Position numbers and translations under genes: made by a program. This document shows, piece after piece, positions 9,791-19,052 of a stretch of DNA of 64,000 nt; within the stretch, counting starts at the first letter, position 1; every line of letters starts with the position of its first letter. Origin of the DNA: Candidatus Eiseniibacteriota bacterium. GTDB taxonomy: Bacteria; Eisenbacteria; RBG-16-71-46. The stretch is taken from assembly GCA_963776245.1 (NCBI GenBank), contig CAVZLN010000008.1, positions 160,001-224,000 of the forward strand. Reading direction: 5' to 3'. The notes below the pieces were generated by a model. The model did not search any database. It was not told the origin of the DNA and saw only the letters and a program-made list of their open reading frames with translations.

Positions 9791-11025
9791 GGGCGGCGCC
9801 GCGGAGAGGGGCCCCGCTGGACGTTCCCCACAAGTGGCGTGCGTTGATGCTCCTGTCGCTGGTCCAGTTGCTCGGGATGTCGGTCTGGTTCTCCGCTTCC
9901 GCGGTGGTGCCCGCGCTGGCCGTGCTGTGGGGATTGGATGAGTCCGGGCGGGCCTGGATCACGATCTCGGTCCAGGTCGGCTTCGTCGCGGGAGCGATCC
10001 TGTCCGCGCTCCTCAACGCCGCCGACCGGCTGCCTGCGCCGCGGCTGATGGCCGGCTGCTGTGCGCTGGCCGGAGTGTGTACCGCCCTGATCCCGGCGCT
10101 GCACGTCGGCCTGACGGCCACGCTGGTGCTGCGCATCCTGAGCGGGCTCTTCCTGGCGGGGGTCTACCCGGTGGGGATGAAGATCGTCGCCAGCTGGACC
10201 CGCGAGGACCGCGGGATGGGCATCGGTCTGCTCGTGGGCGCCATCGTGCTGGGCTCCTCGACGCCCCACCTGCTCCGCGCGTGGGTGCCGACAGGCGACT
10301 GGCGCGCGGTGCTCTACGCCTCCGCGATGCTCGCCCTCGCGGGGGCGTTCCTGGCGCTGCTGCTGGTGCGCGAGGGGCCCTATCGGACGCCCTCCGCGCC
10401 GTTCGACTGGCGATACATCCTGCGGATCGCCGTCCAGCGCGACGTGCTGCTCGCCAACCTCGGCTACCTCGGCCACATGTGGGAGCTGTACGCGATGTGG
10501 TCGTGGGTGCCGCTGTTCCTGTCGGCGCACTTCCTCCACGCGGGCCGCTCCAGCTCGAGTGCGGCGTTCGCGGCCTTCGCGGTGATCGCGGCCGGCGCTC
10601 CGGCGAGTCTGCTGGCAGGGAAGTTCGCCGATCGCTGGGGGCGGACGACGCTCACCCTCGCCTCCCTGATCGCCAGCGGGAGCTGCGCGCTGGTCGCGGG
10701 ATTCCTCTTCCACGGCAGCACCGCGCTGGTCGTGGGCCTGTGCCTGGTCTGGGGGTTCGCGGTGGTCGCGGACTCGGCGCAGTTCTCGGCCTGCGTGACC
10801 GAACTCTGCGAGCCTCGGTACACGGGCACCGCGCTGACGTTCCAGACCAGCCTGGGCTTCCTGCTCACCGCGTTCACCATCTGGCTGGTGCCGGAACTGC
10901 ATCGCCGCTGGGGCTGGCCGGCGGCATTCGCGTCGCTGGCGGCGGGACCGGCCGTCGGGGCGTGGGCGATGGCGCGCTTGCGCGCGTCCCCCGCGGCGGT
11001 CCGGCTGGCCGGCGGGCGCCGCTAG
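9787..11025 (+). CDS. MFS transporter
   Basis: 12 TM pattern, 'GKFADRWGR' motif A, 'GYLGHMWELYAMW', 'ADSAQFSA'; ATGA overlap with upstream gene. Confidence 0.9.
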   Translation: MRAAPRRGAPLDVPHKWRALMLLSLVQLLGMSVWFSASAVVPALAVLWGLDESGRAWITISVQVGFVAGAILSALLNAADRLPAPRLMAGCCALAGVCTALIPALHVGLTATLVLRILSGLFLAGVYPVGMKIVASWTREDRGMGIGLLVGAIVLGSSTPHLLRAWVPTGDWRAVLYASAMLALAGAFLALLLVREGPYRTPSAPFDWRYILRIAVQRDVLLANLGYLGHMWELYAMWSWVPLFLSAHFLHAGRSSSSAAFAAFAVIAAGAPASLLAGKFADRWGRTTLTLASLIASGSCALVAGFLFHGSTALVVGLCLVWGFAVVADSAQFSACVTELCEPRYTGTALTFQTSLGFLLTAFTIWLVPELHRRWGWPAAFASLAAGPAVGAWAMARLRASPAAVRLAGGRR

Positions 11026-11029
11026 CGCT

Positions 11030-13225
11030 CTATCGCGCGAACACCATGCGCCGTGTCTCGCTCACCGGGCCCGCGTCGAGACGGCAGAAGTAGAGCCCGG
11101 TCCGGAGCAGCGCGCCGCGATCGTCGCGCCCGTCCCAGTCCACGTGGTGGCTGCCGGGCTCCAGCACCCCTCCCGCGGCCAGCGTCCGGACCACGCGACC
11201 GCTCACGTCGTACACGCGGAGCGCGACCTGCTCGCGCCGCGCGAGCTCGAATCCGATCGAGGTGCGGGCGCCGAACGGATTGGGCTGGTTCTGGCGCAGC
11301 CGGATCGAGTGCCCCGGGGCCCCCTCGTCCACGCTCGCGAAGCTGAGCGAGTCGTAGATCAACGAGAGGAACTCGGGATGGTCCACGAACGGGTTCCGGT
11401 TGTTCTGCAGGGCGTAGACCGCGCCGTTGCGCATGCGCTCCTTCCAGCTCACCGGGTCGCTGAGGGCCCACTGCAGGTACTGGGCCGATGCCCACGGCAA
11501 CAGTTCCGCGCCGCTCGCCGACGCGCTGCCGGGCCAGCCGGAGTCCTCGAAGAGATAGCGGGTCGAGACATAGAACGTGCTGCGGGCGAAGTCGCCCTTG
11601 AACGCGTCGATGGGCTCGAACACCGTGCCGCTGTAGCCGGCGCTCGCGCTCGAACCGAGTCGGCTGCCGTTGAGCGACGTGAACGTCGCGCTCCCGACGT
11701 TCCCGTAAGGGTAGTTGGAGCGGAAGCCGTTCACCCGGGAATCCGTCGGATAGAGGATCCACAGGTCCGAGTACATCGGCGACCCACCGCCGAACCAGGA
11801 CTGCGGCCATGAGTGCTCGCGGTTGTACCCGAGCCCTTCCGTGGCGCCCTGTCCGGTCTGACCGACGCTGTACTCGTAGGGCGGCGTCCCCCCCGGCACA
11901 TCCGAGTACATGTCCCAGATCTTGCCGTTCGGCTTGATGTCGGTGGTCGCGAACGCCGTGAGAGCGTAGGCGTAGCTCTTGACCGTGTGGTTCTTGATGA
12001 GATCGTGGAGCGCGATCCGCAGCGCCGAGCCCCGCAGCCCCATCGCGCTGCTGTAGTAGCCGGCCGGGATGCTCACGTCGACGTAATTGAACGCGCACGT
12101 GGCGCCGTATGCGACGTTCGCGGCGAGGTCGGACACGCCGTTCACCGTCAGCGTCCGCGTCCCCGCCGGGATGCCCCGCACCGTCACCCACACGTGAGCG
12201 GTCTGGAGCGGGTCGCGCACCGCATCCACGCCGCTCAGGGCCCCGACGGTGTAGTGGGTCGGGATCTCCGCGCTGATCTCGTCCACCGGTTCGCTGAACT
12301 GCACCAGCAGGGTCGAGTCGCTCATCTCGCCCACGGCGAGGACGGTGGGCGCCCCGGTCCCGCCGCCCGCGAGGGTGTAGCTCTGGACCGGCGAGAGGCT
12401 CGTCGCCGACGCCCCGATCGCCTGCACCTGGTAGTAGACAGAGGCCCCCGCGGACTGGGCCGGGATGGGCGTGCTCGTCCGGTAGGTGGAATCCGAGAGC
12501 CACGCCATGGCGATGGCGTTGGGCAGCGATGAACCGCTGGTCCCCCACTGCAGCGTGACCGACGCGATCGCGCCGCTGGTGTCCACGACGCTCGCCTGCA
12601 AGTCCACCCCGGTTCCCGTCACCGGGGTCGCGGGATCGGTCACGAGGTTCGCGATCCGCGGCCCTGCGGCCGTCACCTGCGACCCGTTGTGCGAGCCGGG
12701 GCTCGCGCTGGTGGCGAGCACCACCGGAGTGGAGGTCCATTCGGACGGCGTGTACACGGTGTTCGGGCTGGTGATGTCCGGATGGCGGACGAGGTCGGCG
12801 TTCTCGAAGTACGCCGTGGTGGCGAACGCCCGGTCGACCACCACGCCGGCGTTCACGAGCCGGGCGCCATCGCCGGCGTTCCCGCCGTTCCAGTTGGCGT
12901 AGCCCGTGGACCATGACGGGCTCGGGAAGTGCACGGTGAACCCGGTCGTCGTGGTCGTGTTCCCGCACACCTTGGCCTGCCCGGGCGCGAGCGTGCCGGA
13001 CAGCGTCCAGGTCGTGACGTCCACGTTGTTCGCCGTGGCGACCACCGACCAGTTGGTGAGATCCACGGTGCCGGGGCCCGTGTTGTAGATCTCGATGAAG
13101 CGGTCGGTCTGGTAGTTGCTCTGAGGGTCACACAGCTCGGAGAGGATGACGCTCGACCGGGCCGGACCAACGCCAACGGACACCGCGAACAGCGCGGCCA
13201 CGAACAGCGCGGGGAGATTTCGCAA
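11030..13225 (-). CDS. secreted endonuclease I family nuclease with lamin-tail domain and C-terminal FlgD-Ig domain
   Basis: LTD 'ILSEL.D......RFIEIYN.G...VDL..W'; Endonuclease_1 motifs 'YNREHSWPQSWF', 'N..RSNYPYG', 'FEP.D.FKGD.AR..FY...RY', 'QNNRNPFVDHP'; FlgD tail. Confidence 0.9.
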   Translation of the reverse strand: MRNLPALFVAALFAVSVGVGPARSSVILSELCDPQSNYQTDRFIEIYNTGPGTVDLTNWSVVATANNVDVTTWTLSGTLAPGQAKVCGNTTTTTGFTVHFPSPSWSTGYANWNGGNAGDGARLVNAGVVVDRAFATTAYFENADLVRHPDITSPNTVYTPSEWTSTPVVLATSASPGSHNGSQVTAAGPRIANLVTDPATPVTGTGVDLQASVVDTSGAIASVTLQWGTSGSSLPNAIAMAWLSDSTYRTSTPIPAQSAGASVYYQVQAIGASATSLSPVQSYTLAGGGTGAPTVLAVGEMSDSTLLVQFSEPVDEISAEIPTHYTVGALSGVDAVRDPLQTAHVWVTVRGIPAGTRTLTVNGVSDLAANVAYGATCAFNYVDVSIPAGYYSSAMGLRGSALRIALHDLIKNHTVKSYAYALTAFATTDIKPNGKIWDMYSDVPGGTPPYEYSVGQTGQGATEGLGYNREHSWPQSWFGGGSPMYSDLWILYPTDSRVNGFRSNYPYGNVGSATFTSLNGSRLGSSASAGYSGTVFEPIDAFKGDFARSTFYVSTRYLFEDSGWPGSASASGAELLPWASAQYLQWALSDPVSWKERMRNGAVYALQNNRNPFVDHPEFLSLIYDSLSFASVDEGAPGHSIRLRQNQPNPFGARTSIGFELARREQVALRVYDVSGRVVRTLAAGGVLEPGSHHVDWDGRDDRGALLRTGLYFCRLDAGPVSETRRMVFAR

Positions 13226-13452
13226 GGATGGGGGCGCGCCCTTCTGGATCGGCCCATGCGGGCCTGCTGGTGGGACCTCGCCGACGTCGCCGGGGGTGCG
13301 GCGGTCAGGAGGGCCACGCTCCTGCCAGTCTACGCATGGAATGGATGCCGATAATCATACGCTGGCGGAGGGCCGGATGAGAAGCGCGCCGAGCCGCCCC
13401 TCCCGGCAACGAACTCTTGACGCTCCCGGGGCCCGCCACTACCTTGCGCGCG

Positions 13453-14976
13453 GTGAATCGCTCGCTCGTTCCCTTCCTGCTGGGTGCCTGCGCTCTCGGC
13501 ACCACCTTCGCGTCGGTCCGGCTGGTCGCGCCGTTCTACGGGTCCGGCCCGCTGCTGCTCTCGGCGTCGCTCGCGGTCGCATTCGCCGCCACGGCCCTCG
13601 GGCTCGCGCTCTCGGCGCTGGGCGAAGGCCCCGGGCGCGGCCGGGGTGCTGCGGCCCTGCTGGTGGCGGCGGCGGCGACCCTCCTCGTGCCGTGGGTGCG
13701 TGTCCCCGTGCTCGTCACGCTCGAGCCGCTCGGCCTGCGCGCCGCCGCGGTGCTCGCGCTGGCGCTCTTCGCCGGCGTGCCGCTCGCCGCGCTCGCGTTC
13801 GCGCTCGGCCGCGCGCTGCGTCCGCCCTCCGACGAGGCGCCGGGGCGGGCAGGCGCCGCGCTGCCGTTCGCCGCAGCGGCGCTCGGGGCGGCGTGCGCCG
13901 CTCCGCTCGTGGTGTGGGTGCTGGTGCCGCTGCACGGGGTCGCGCGCACGCTGCTGGCGATCGGCCTGGTCGAGGCGCTCGCGGCCTGGCTCGCGGGCTC
14001 AGGGGCCGGCCGCCGCTGGCTCGCGCTGACGGGTGTGCCGCTCGTGGTGATCGTGGCGCTGTCCGCCGCGCGCTGGCCGGCGGTCGAGCGCGACCTGCCC
14101 CGCGGCCTGGTGATGGCACGCGAGGGCTCCGCGGTCCAGTACCGCGTGGTGGAGCGGACCGACGGGCGGTTCCTGCTCGCGGATGGCGGCATCCAGACCA
14201 TGGTCTCGAGCGAGACGCGCGAGGCGCTGGTCCGACCGCTCGCGGCGCTGCGGGTGATCGACCTGTTCTTCCCCCAGCCCGAGTCGCTGCTGGTGCTCGG
14301 ACTGCATGGCGGCGGCATCCCCCTGCGGTTCGCGCGCGCGAGCTGGCGGGTGAGTGTCGTGGAGCCCGATCCGCTCGCCGTGCGCATGGCCGAGGAGAAC
14401 CTCTCCTTCCACGCCGCCGAGGTGCGGCTCACCGTGGACGACGTGCGCCGGTTCTGCCGGCGCACGAGCCGCCGCTACCCGGTCGTGATCGACGACGCGT
14501 TCGACGTCGGCGTGGCCCCCGCGCACCTCGTGACGCGCGAGGCGCTCGCGGAGATCGGGGCGCGCGTGGCCCCAGACGGCATCCTCGCGCTGGTGATCGT
14601 GACCCAGGGCTGGAACGACCCGCTGCTCGCCTCGCTCGCCCGGATGCTGGGGGAGCGTTTCCGCACCGTGCTCGCGCTGCCCACCAGCGAGCCGCCCGAC
14701 GCGATCGGCAGCATCGTGGTGCTGGCCTCCGATCGTGACCTCGCGCTCCCGGACGAGCGACTCCCCCAGCCCACCGATTACCTCATGAATCTCGACGAGC
14801 ACTGGCTGGTGGTGCAGATGACCCACGCGTGGTTCAACCGCTTCGTGCCCCCGGTGCGCGGCGCGGTGGTGCTGACCGACGACCGCGATCCCATCGACCT
14901 GTGGAGCGACCGGGTGCTGGCCGCTTCGCGCGTCGAGCTTCATCGTTCGTTCGCCGGCATGCCGCGGAGCTGGTAG
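13453..14976 (+). CDS. fused membrane domain / spermidine synthase-like SAM-binding protein
   Basis: N-terminal TM block, 'LLVLGLHGGG', 'VVEPDP', 'DDAF...AP.HLVTRE', C-terminal 'VLTDDRDPID'. Confidence 0.8.
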   Translation: MNRSLVPFLLGACALGTTFASVRLVAPFYGSGPLLLSASLAVAFAATALGLALSALGEGPGRGRGAAALLVAAAATLLVPWVRVPVLVTLEPLGLRAAAVLALALFAGVPLAALAFALGRALRPPSDEAPGRAGAALPFAAAALGAACAAPLVVWVLVPLHGVARTLLAIGLVEALAAWLAGSGAGRRWLALTGVPLVVIVALSAARWPAVERDLPRGLVMAREGSAVQYRVVERTDGRFLLADGGIQTMVSSETREALVRPLAALRVIDLFFPQPESLLVLGLHGGGIPLRFARASWRVSVVEPDPLAVRMAEENLSFHAAEVRLTVDDVRRFCRRTSRRYPVVIDDAFDVGVAPAHLVTREALAEIGARVAPDGILALVIVTQGWNDPLLASLARMLGERFRTVLALPTSEPPDAIGSIVVLASDRDLALPDERLPQPTDYLMNLDEHWLVVQMTHAWFNRFVPPVRGAVVLTDDRDPIDLWSDRVLAASRVELHRSFAGMPRSW

Positions 14977-15011
14977 ACACGCCCCGGCCGGGGGCGGGAC
15001 GGCCTCCGGGG

Positions 15012-15341
15012 CTACATCGGGCGGATGACGCCCGACACCTCGATCTCCACCGGCCACCCCTCGAGCACCCGCGGCAGGCGCTTCTCCAGTTCGCGCGTGC
15101 GCTTCACGACGAGGATGCGGATGCAGGGCGTGCGGCGCGCGGTCTCGCCCTCGTACACGCCCACCACGCCGGGGATCGCCATCAGTTCGGGAGCGTGGCG
15201 GGCGATGGCGTCGGCGATCGGAGTCACGGACTCGGTTCCCTGCGGTCGCTCGCGCGGGTCGCTCCGCTGGCATCCGCCCGCGGCGAGCGTCGCGAGCGCG
15301 GTGATCGCCACGGCCGCCAGATGCGCACGACGAGGCCACAT
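15012..15341 (-). CDS. small lipoprotein homologous to the N-terminal (pro) domain of the upstream Nal1-like protease
   Basis: Lipobox 'LAAGGC'; 'RHAPELMAIPGVVGV..G......I.ILV.......LP..LEG.PV..EVSG.I' matches the upstream protease N-domain. Alternative start at 15401. Confidence 0.75.
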   Translation of the reverse strand: MWPRRAHLAAVAITALATLAAGGCQRSDPRERPQGTESVTPIADAIARHAPELMAIPGVVGVYEGETARRTPCIRILVVKRTRELEKRLPRVLEGWPVEIEVSGVIRPM

Positions 15342-15406
15342 GGGGCGCGCTCCGCACGGCGCGGGCGCCGGCCGCACGGCCGGCGCCCCGCCGCTCCTCA
15401 TGGATG

Positions 15407-16528
15407 CTAGTTGCCGACCATCGTGGCGCCGAGGAAGGTCAGCACCTGGCTGATCGGGTTGGCCACCGCGATCGACGAGCTGCCGGCGAACAGCAGCCCG
15501 ACCGCGCGCGGGTTGGTGGTGACGTCCTCGACCATCAGCGACCCGGAGTCCCCGCCGGCCAGGAAGCGCGACCCGGTGTTCTTGACCAGGATCTGGCCGG
15601 TGAACGTCTTGGTGAACGCGCTGCCGCCGGCGCACTCGTTCTCGTACGCCACGCTGATCGTGGCGTTCAGTCCGCTGACCGTGCTCCGTGTGAGCCCGGT
15701 GGTGCGACCGCTCTTCTTGACCTTCTGGTTCGACCGACGCGCCCACGGTGGCCGCCCGGATGGTGCCGATGTCGAGGATGGAGCCGTCGGTGCGCACCAT
15801 GCCCGAGGTCACCTGGGCGATGGCGCAGTCGACGTTCGAGCCGGGCAGGCTCTTGATGCCCGACAGCGTCGCGACGTTCTGCGCCGATGGCGGCGTTGCA
15901 GGCCACGTCGATGAGGCCGGGCTGCACGACCGGGTCGCCCGCCTTGGCGACGCGCGCGTTGCCGCCGGTGACGATGTCGGCCTCGAGCACGTGGTAGTTG
16001 CTGAGCACGTACTGCGTCGCTGCCCTTCTTCACCAGCGAGCCGAGCGTGCCGCCGCAGCAGTAGCCGTTGGCGAGGTCGTAGCGCCAGCCGCCCGAGGTG
16101 CCGAGCGCGATCGGCGGCGCCTGCTTCACCTTGTGGTCGGCCATCGCGACGATCTTGCCGGTGACCTCCTCGACCACGGGAAGCCCTTCGAGCGTCGCGG
16201 GCAGGGCCCCGGGGCCGAGCGGGCGTTCGGTGAGCACCAGCACCGCGAGGTTGCCGTCGGCGTCGAAGCCGGTCGCCGTGCCCACCACGTCGTGCATGCC
16301 CATGAGCGCCGGTGTGTGGCGTCCCTGGATCTCCGCGGCGCGAAGCACCTTGGGATTCGAGAGACTGAACTCACCGTTGAAGCTTCCCGGCTCGGTGACA
16401 CCGGCGAGGTCCACGGGCGCCAGCGGACTCTTCTTGCTGCACCCGGACAACATCGCCATGGACACGCCGAGGGTGAGGAGCGCGGCGGCCAGAAGTGCGA
16501 GCCGCCAGGAGGGGAAGGGGACCTTCAT
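15407..16528 (-). pseudogene. Nal1-like trypsin (S1) serine protease lipoprotein, interrupted by three +1 frameshifts (pseudogene or assembly error)
   Basis: Pieces lie in successive frames: lipobox 'LSGC'...'GTLGSLV' | 'VLSNYHVL...VVQPG' | 'NVDCAIA' | 'KVKKSGRTTGLT...GGDSGSL...VGLLFAG'. Shifts near 16017, 15887 and 15731. Confidence 0.85.
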
Positions 16529-16975
16529 GCAATCCTCCACGAGTGAAGAGGAACGCTTCCGCCCCGCTCCCGGAACGGCGGGGCCGAAGCGGAAAGCTGC
16601 CACAATTCAACGAATCGTCAAGGATTCTTTCCGGAAGCCACAGGCCTCGAAGGAAGCCATGCCATCCGCCATCGGGCCGCCGCTCCAGAGCTGGGATCGA
16701 GGGACGGCGCGGCAGGCCGCCGCGCCGCGCCCGCCCGCGATCCGCTGCCCGCGGGTCCCGGCCCCGCATCGCTGGAGGGGCCGGCCTCGACATCATCGTC
16801 GACCTCATGTGAGACTCGCGCCGAGGCATCGGGGGATGGCCTGCGTGCGCCGCACCCGATGGCCGGCAAGTCCATTGCGAAGACAGGCTCGATCGGAAGA
16901 CCGGCGCGGGATTCCTCGAGCACCCGCGTCGCCCCGTTCCGGCGCGCACCCCCCGAACGCAATCGAGGTCGCCGA

Positions 16976-17758
16976 GTGGTCGATTGGTCGAGCATCGAGG
17001 AGTCCGAGCTTTACCGTCAGGTCGGGTCGGAAGCGAGTCGCGAGCGCGTCCTCGAAGTCATGGGACGACTCACCCAGGATCCGAACTGGACCCCGGTGAT
17101 CACGGATCTGGTCCGGCAGGGGAAGATCGAGACCCGCTGCTTCATGGCGTGGTTGTCGAAGACGCTGCAACCTCGTCATTACCTCGAGATCGGGGTCCGG
17201 CGCGGGTTCTCGATGTCGATGGTGGCATCGCAGACACCCGGCGTCAGCGTGTACGGATTCGACCTGTGGGTCCCGCGCTACGCGGGAAGCGAGAACCCGG
17301 GTCCCGGTTTCGTCGCGGGCGAGCTGGCCCGGGTGGGGTATCGGGGGAAGGCCTCGTTCGTATCCGGGAACAGCCACCAGACGGTGCCCGCCTTCTTCGG
17401 CGAGCGTCGTTCGAGCTGGCTCCAGCGCTGGCGCGTCGGGCGTCTGGCGGGACGGGCGCCGGCGACCTTCGACCTGATGCTGGTCGACGGCGATCACTCG
17501 CTGCTCGGGGCCTACGACGACCTGATGGCGACGCTGCCGCGCATCGGGGTCGGCGGCGTGATGGTGTTCGACGACATCGCCCCCAGCCCCGATCACGTGG
17601 ACGCGGAGGCGGCGCGGCGGGAAGCCGGCGCGGACCCCCATGGCTGGGGCGACCTCCGCGGCGTGTGGCGGGCCGCGCTCGCCCGGTTCCCCTCGTTCCG
17701 CTCGTTCGAGTACACGTCGAACACGCCGGGGGTCGCGCTCGCCGTCAGGCTCGCCTAG
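16976..17758 (+). CDS. class I SAM-dependent methyltransferase (Methyltransf_24-like)
   Basis: 'YLEIGVRRG.S', 'YGFDLW', 'FDLMLVDGDHS', 'GGVMVFDD'. Start uncertain (16859/16976/17060); GAGGT precedes GTG 16976. Confidence 0.85.
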   Translation: MVDWSSIEESELYRQVGSEASRERVLEVMGRLTQDPNWTPVITDLVRQGKIETRCFMAWLSKTLQPRHYLEIGVRRGFSMSMVASQTPGVSVYGFDLWVPRYAGSENPGPGFVAGELARVGYRGKASFVSGNSHQTVPAFFGERRSSWLQRWRVGRLAGRAPATFDLMLVDGDHSLLGAYDDLMATLPRIGVGGVMVFDDIAPSPDHVDAEAARREAGADPHGWGDLRGVWRAALARFPSFRSFEYTSNTPGVALAVRLA

Positions 17759-17762
17759 ACCG

Positions 17763-18857
17763 CTATCGAGCGAGCGTCACCAGCTTGCGCACCAGCGTGC
17801 CCGAGGGGGTCGCGAGCCGGACGAAGTACATCCCCGGCTCGGCTCCCGACTGGCGCGCCGACCAGCGGAGTTCGTACCGCCCCGCGGGGCGCGCGTCGTC
17901 GGCCAGCAGCGCGACGCGGCGTCCGGTCACATCCAGCACCTCGACCCGTGTCGCGCCTGAAGCGGGCAGGGTGAACCCGACGAAGGTCTCCCCCGGCGCC
18001 GGATTGGGCGCGATCGCCAGGTACAACCCCGACGTGCCTCCCGCCCAATCCACACCGGCCACCGCCGCGCGCGACAGGCTCAGGCCGAGGCTGTCCGCGA
18101 ATCCCCACGAGTAGAGTCCGGACGATCCGGTGAAGGTCAGGGTCACGGCCGCCCTGCGCGCTCCGGTCGGCAGTGCCCCCGACGCCGAACGCAGGAGCAG
18201 TCCGGTCACATTGGCGCGGTCGGACGCCGTCACCGGGCCGATGGTCGCGGTGCCGAGCAGGGCATCCGACGCGTCGAGGAACCGCGCCTGGACCGTCGCG
18301 CGGTCGGTCGCGCTGCCGATCCCGCCGAGATAGGCCGCGAGGTCGAACCGCACCGACCCCGAGTCGATCGTGGCTGCGAGCGCGGAGAGATCGACGGTCT
18401 GGCGGAGCGAATCCACGAGCGCCAGAGGCCCGCCCGTGAAGAACGCCGCGCCGCGCGACACCGGGCCGGCCTGGCTGGTCGCCGGCCAGAGACCCGCGCT
18501 CGTCGCGTAGCGCACCACATTGACATTGCCCACGCGCGTCCAGTTCGGGATCGCGACGACATCGAACCCGGTCACCGAGATGGAGCCACCCTCGGCGCCC
18601 GGGTTGGAGATGAGGTTCTCCCCCAGCACTGCGACCGCCGCGACCTGCGCTTCGGCCGGGCCGGCGGACCCAGCCGCGTCGAGCGGTCGTGCGAATTGCG
18701 AGGCGGACTCTGCGGACCGCGCGGTCCCACCCATGGGGATCAGGGGGAGCAGCGGGAGCAGGAGCGTCACGGCGAACAGCACGACCGGACGAAGGGCGGT
18801 CTCGGCGACCGCTGGGCTGCTTCGTCTTGGACCGGTCGACCTGGGAGGACCGTTCAT
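17763..18857 (-). CDS. secreted protein with carbohydrate-binding-like beta domain and C-terminal T9SS/FlgD-like tail
   Basis: Signal-like hydrophobic stretch, 'NLISNPGAE.G', 'QTVDLS...IDSG...F.L.AYLGG', tail 'PNPA.....F.LP.......LDVTGRRVA.L......G.Y...W......GMYFVRL'. Confidence 0.75.
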   Translation of the reverse strand: MNGPPRSTGPRRSSPAVAETALRPVVLFAVTLLLPLLPLIPMGGTARSAESASQFARPLDAAGSAGPAEAQVAAVAVLGENLISNPGAEGGSISVTGFDVVAIPNWTRVGNVNVVRYATSAGLWPATSQAGPVSRGAAFFTGGPLALVDSLRQTVDLSALAATIDSGSVRFDLAAYLGGIGSATDRATVQARFLDASDALLGTATIGPVTASDRANVTGLLLRSASGALPTGARRAAVTLTFTGSSGLYSWGFADSLGLSLSRAAVAGVDWAGGTSGLYLAIAPNPAPGETFVGFTLPASGATRVEVLDVTGRRVALLADDARPAGRYELRWSARQSGAEPGMYFVRLATPSGTLVRKLVTLAR

Positions 18858-18917
18858 GGTGCCGTGCCTCCGCGCCGCCTGAGAGTGGGACTTCGACCTA
18901 CCTATCACCTCGGTACC

Positions 18918-18933
18918 TGCAGGGGGCGTGCCA
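18918..18933 (-). promoter_or_regulatory. sigma54 (-24/-12) promoter
   Basis: Minus strand TGGCACGCCCCCTGCA = GG-N10-GC, near consensus, about 60 bp upstream of ATG 18857. Confidence 0.7.
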
Positions 18934-19052
18934 GCGGGACCTGGGGAGCCCGCTTCGAACCACGAGGCCCTGCTCACGCGGGCCGATGGGCTGCGGCTCA
19001 GCGCCGGGATCGACGGTGGGATCGCTCGCGCCGGCGTGTCACGCCCCGCGCG

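Noticed and set aside
16645..16670. Possible sigma54 promoter (TGGCATGG...) upstream of the protease
   Set aside because: The -24 element is present but the -12 GC is missing at the required spacing.
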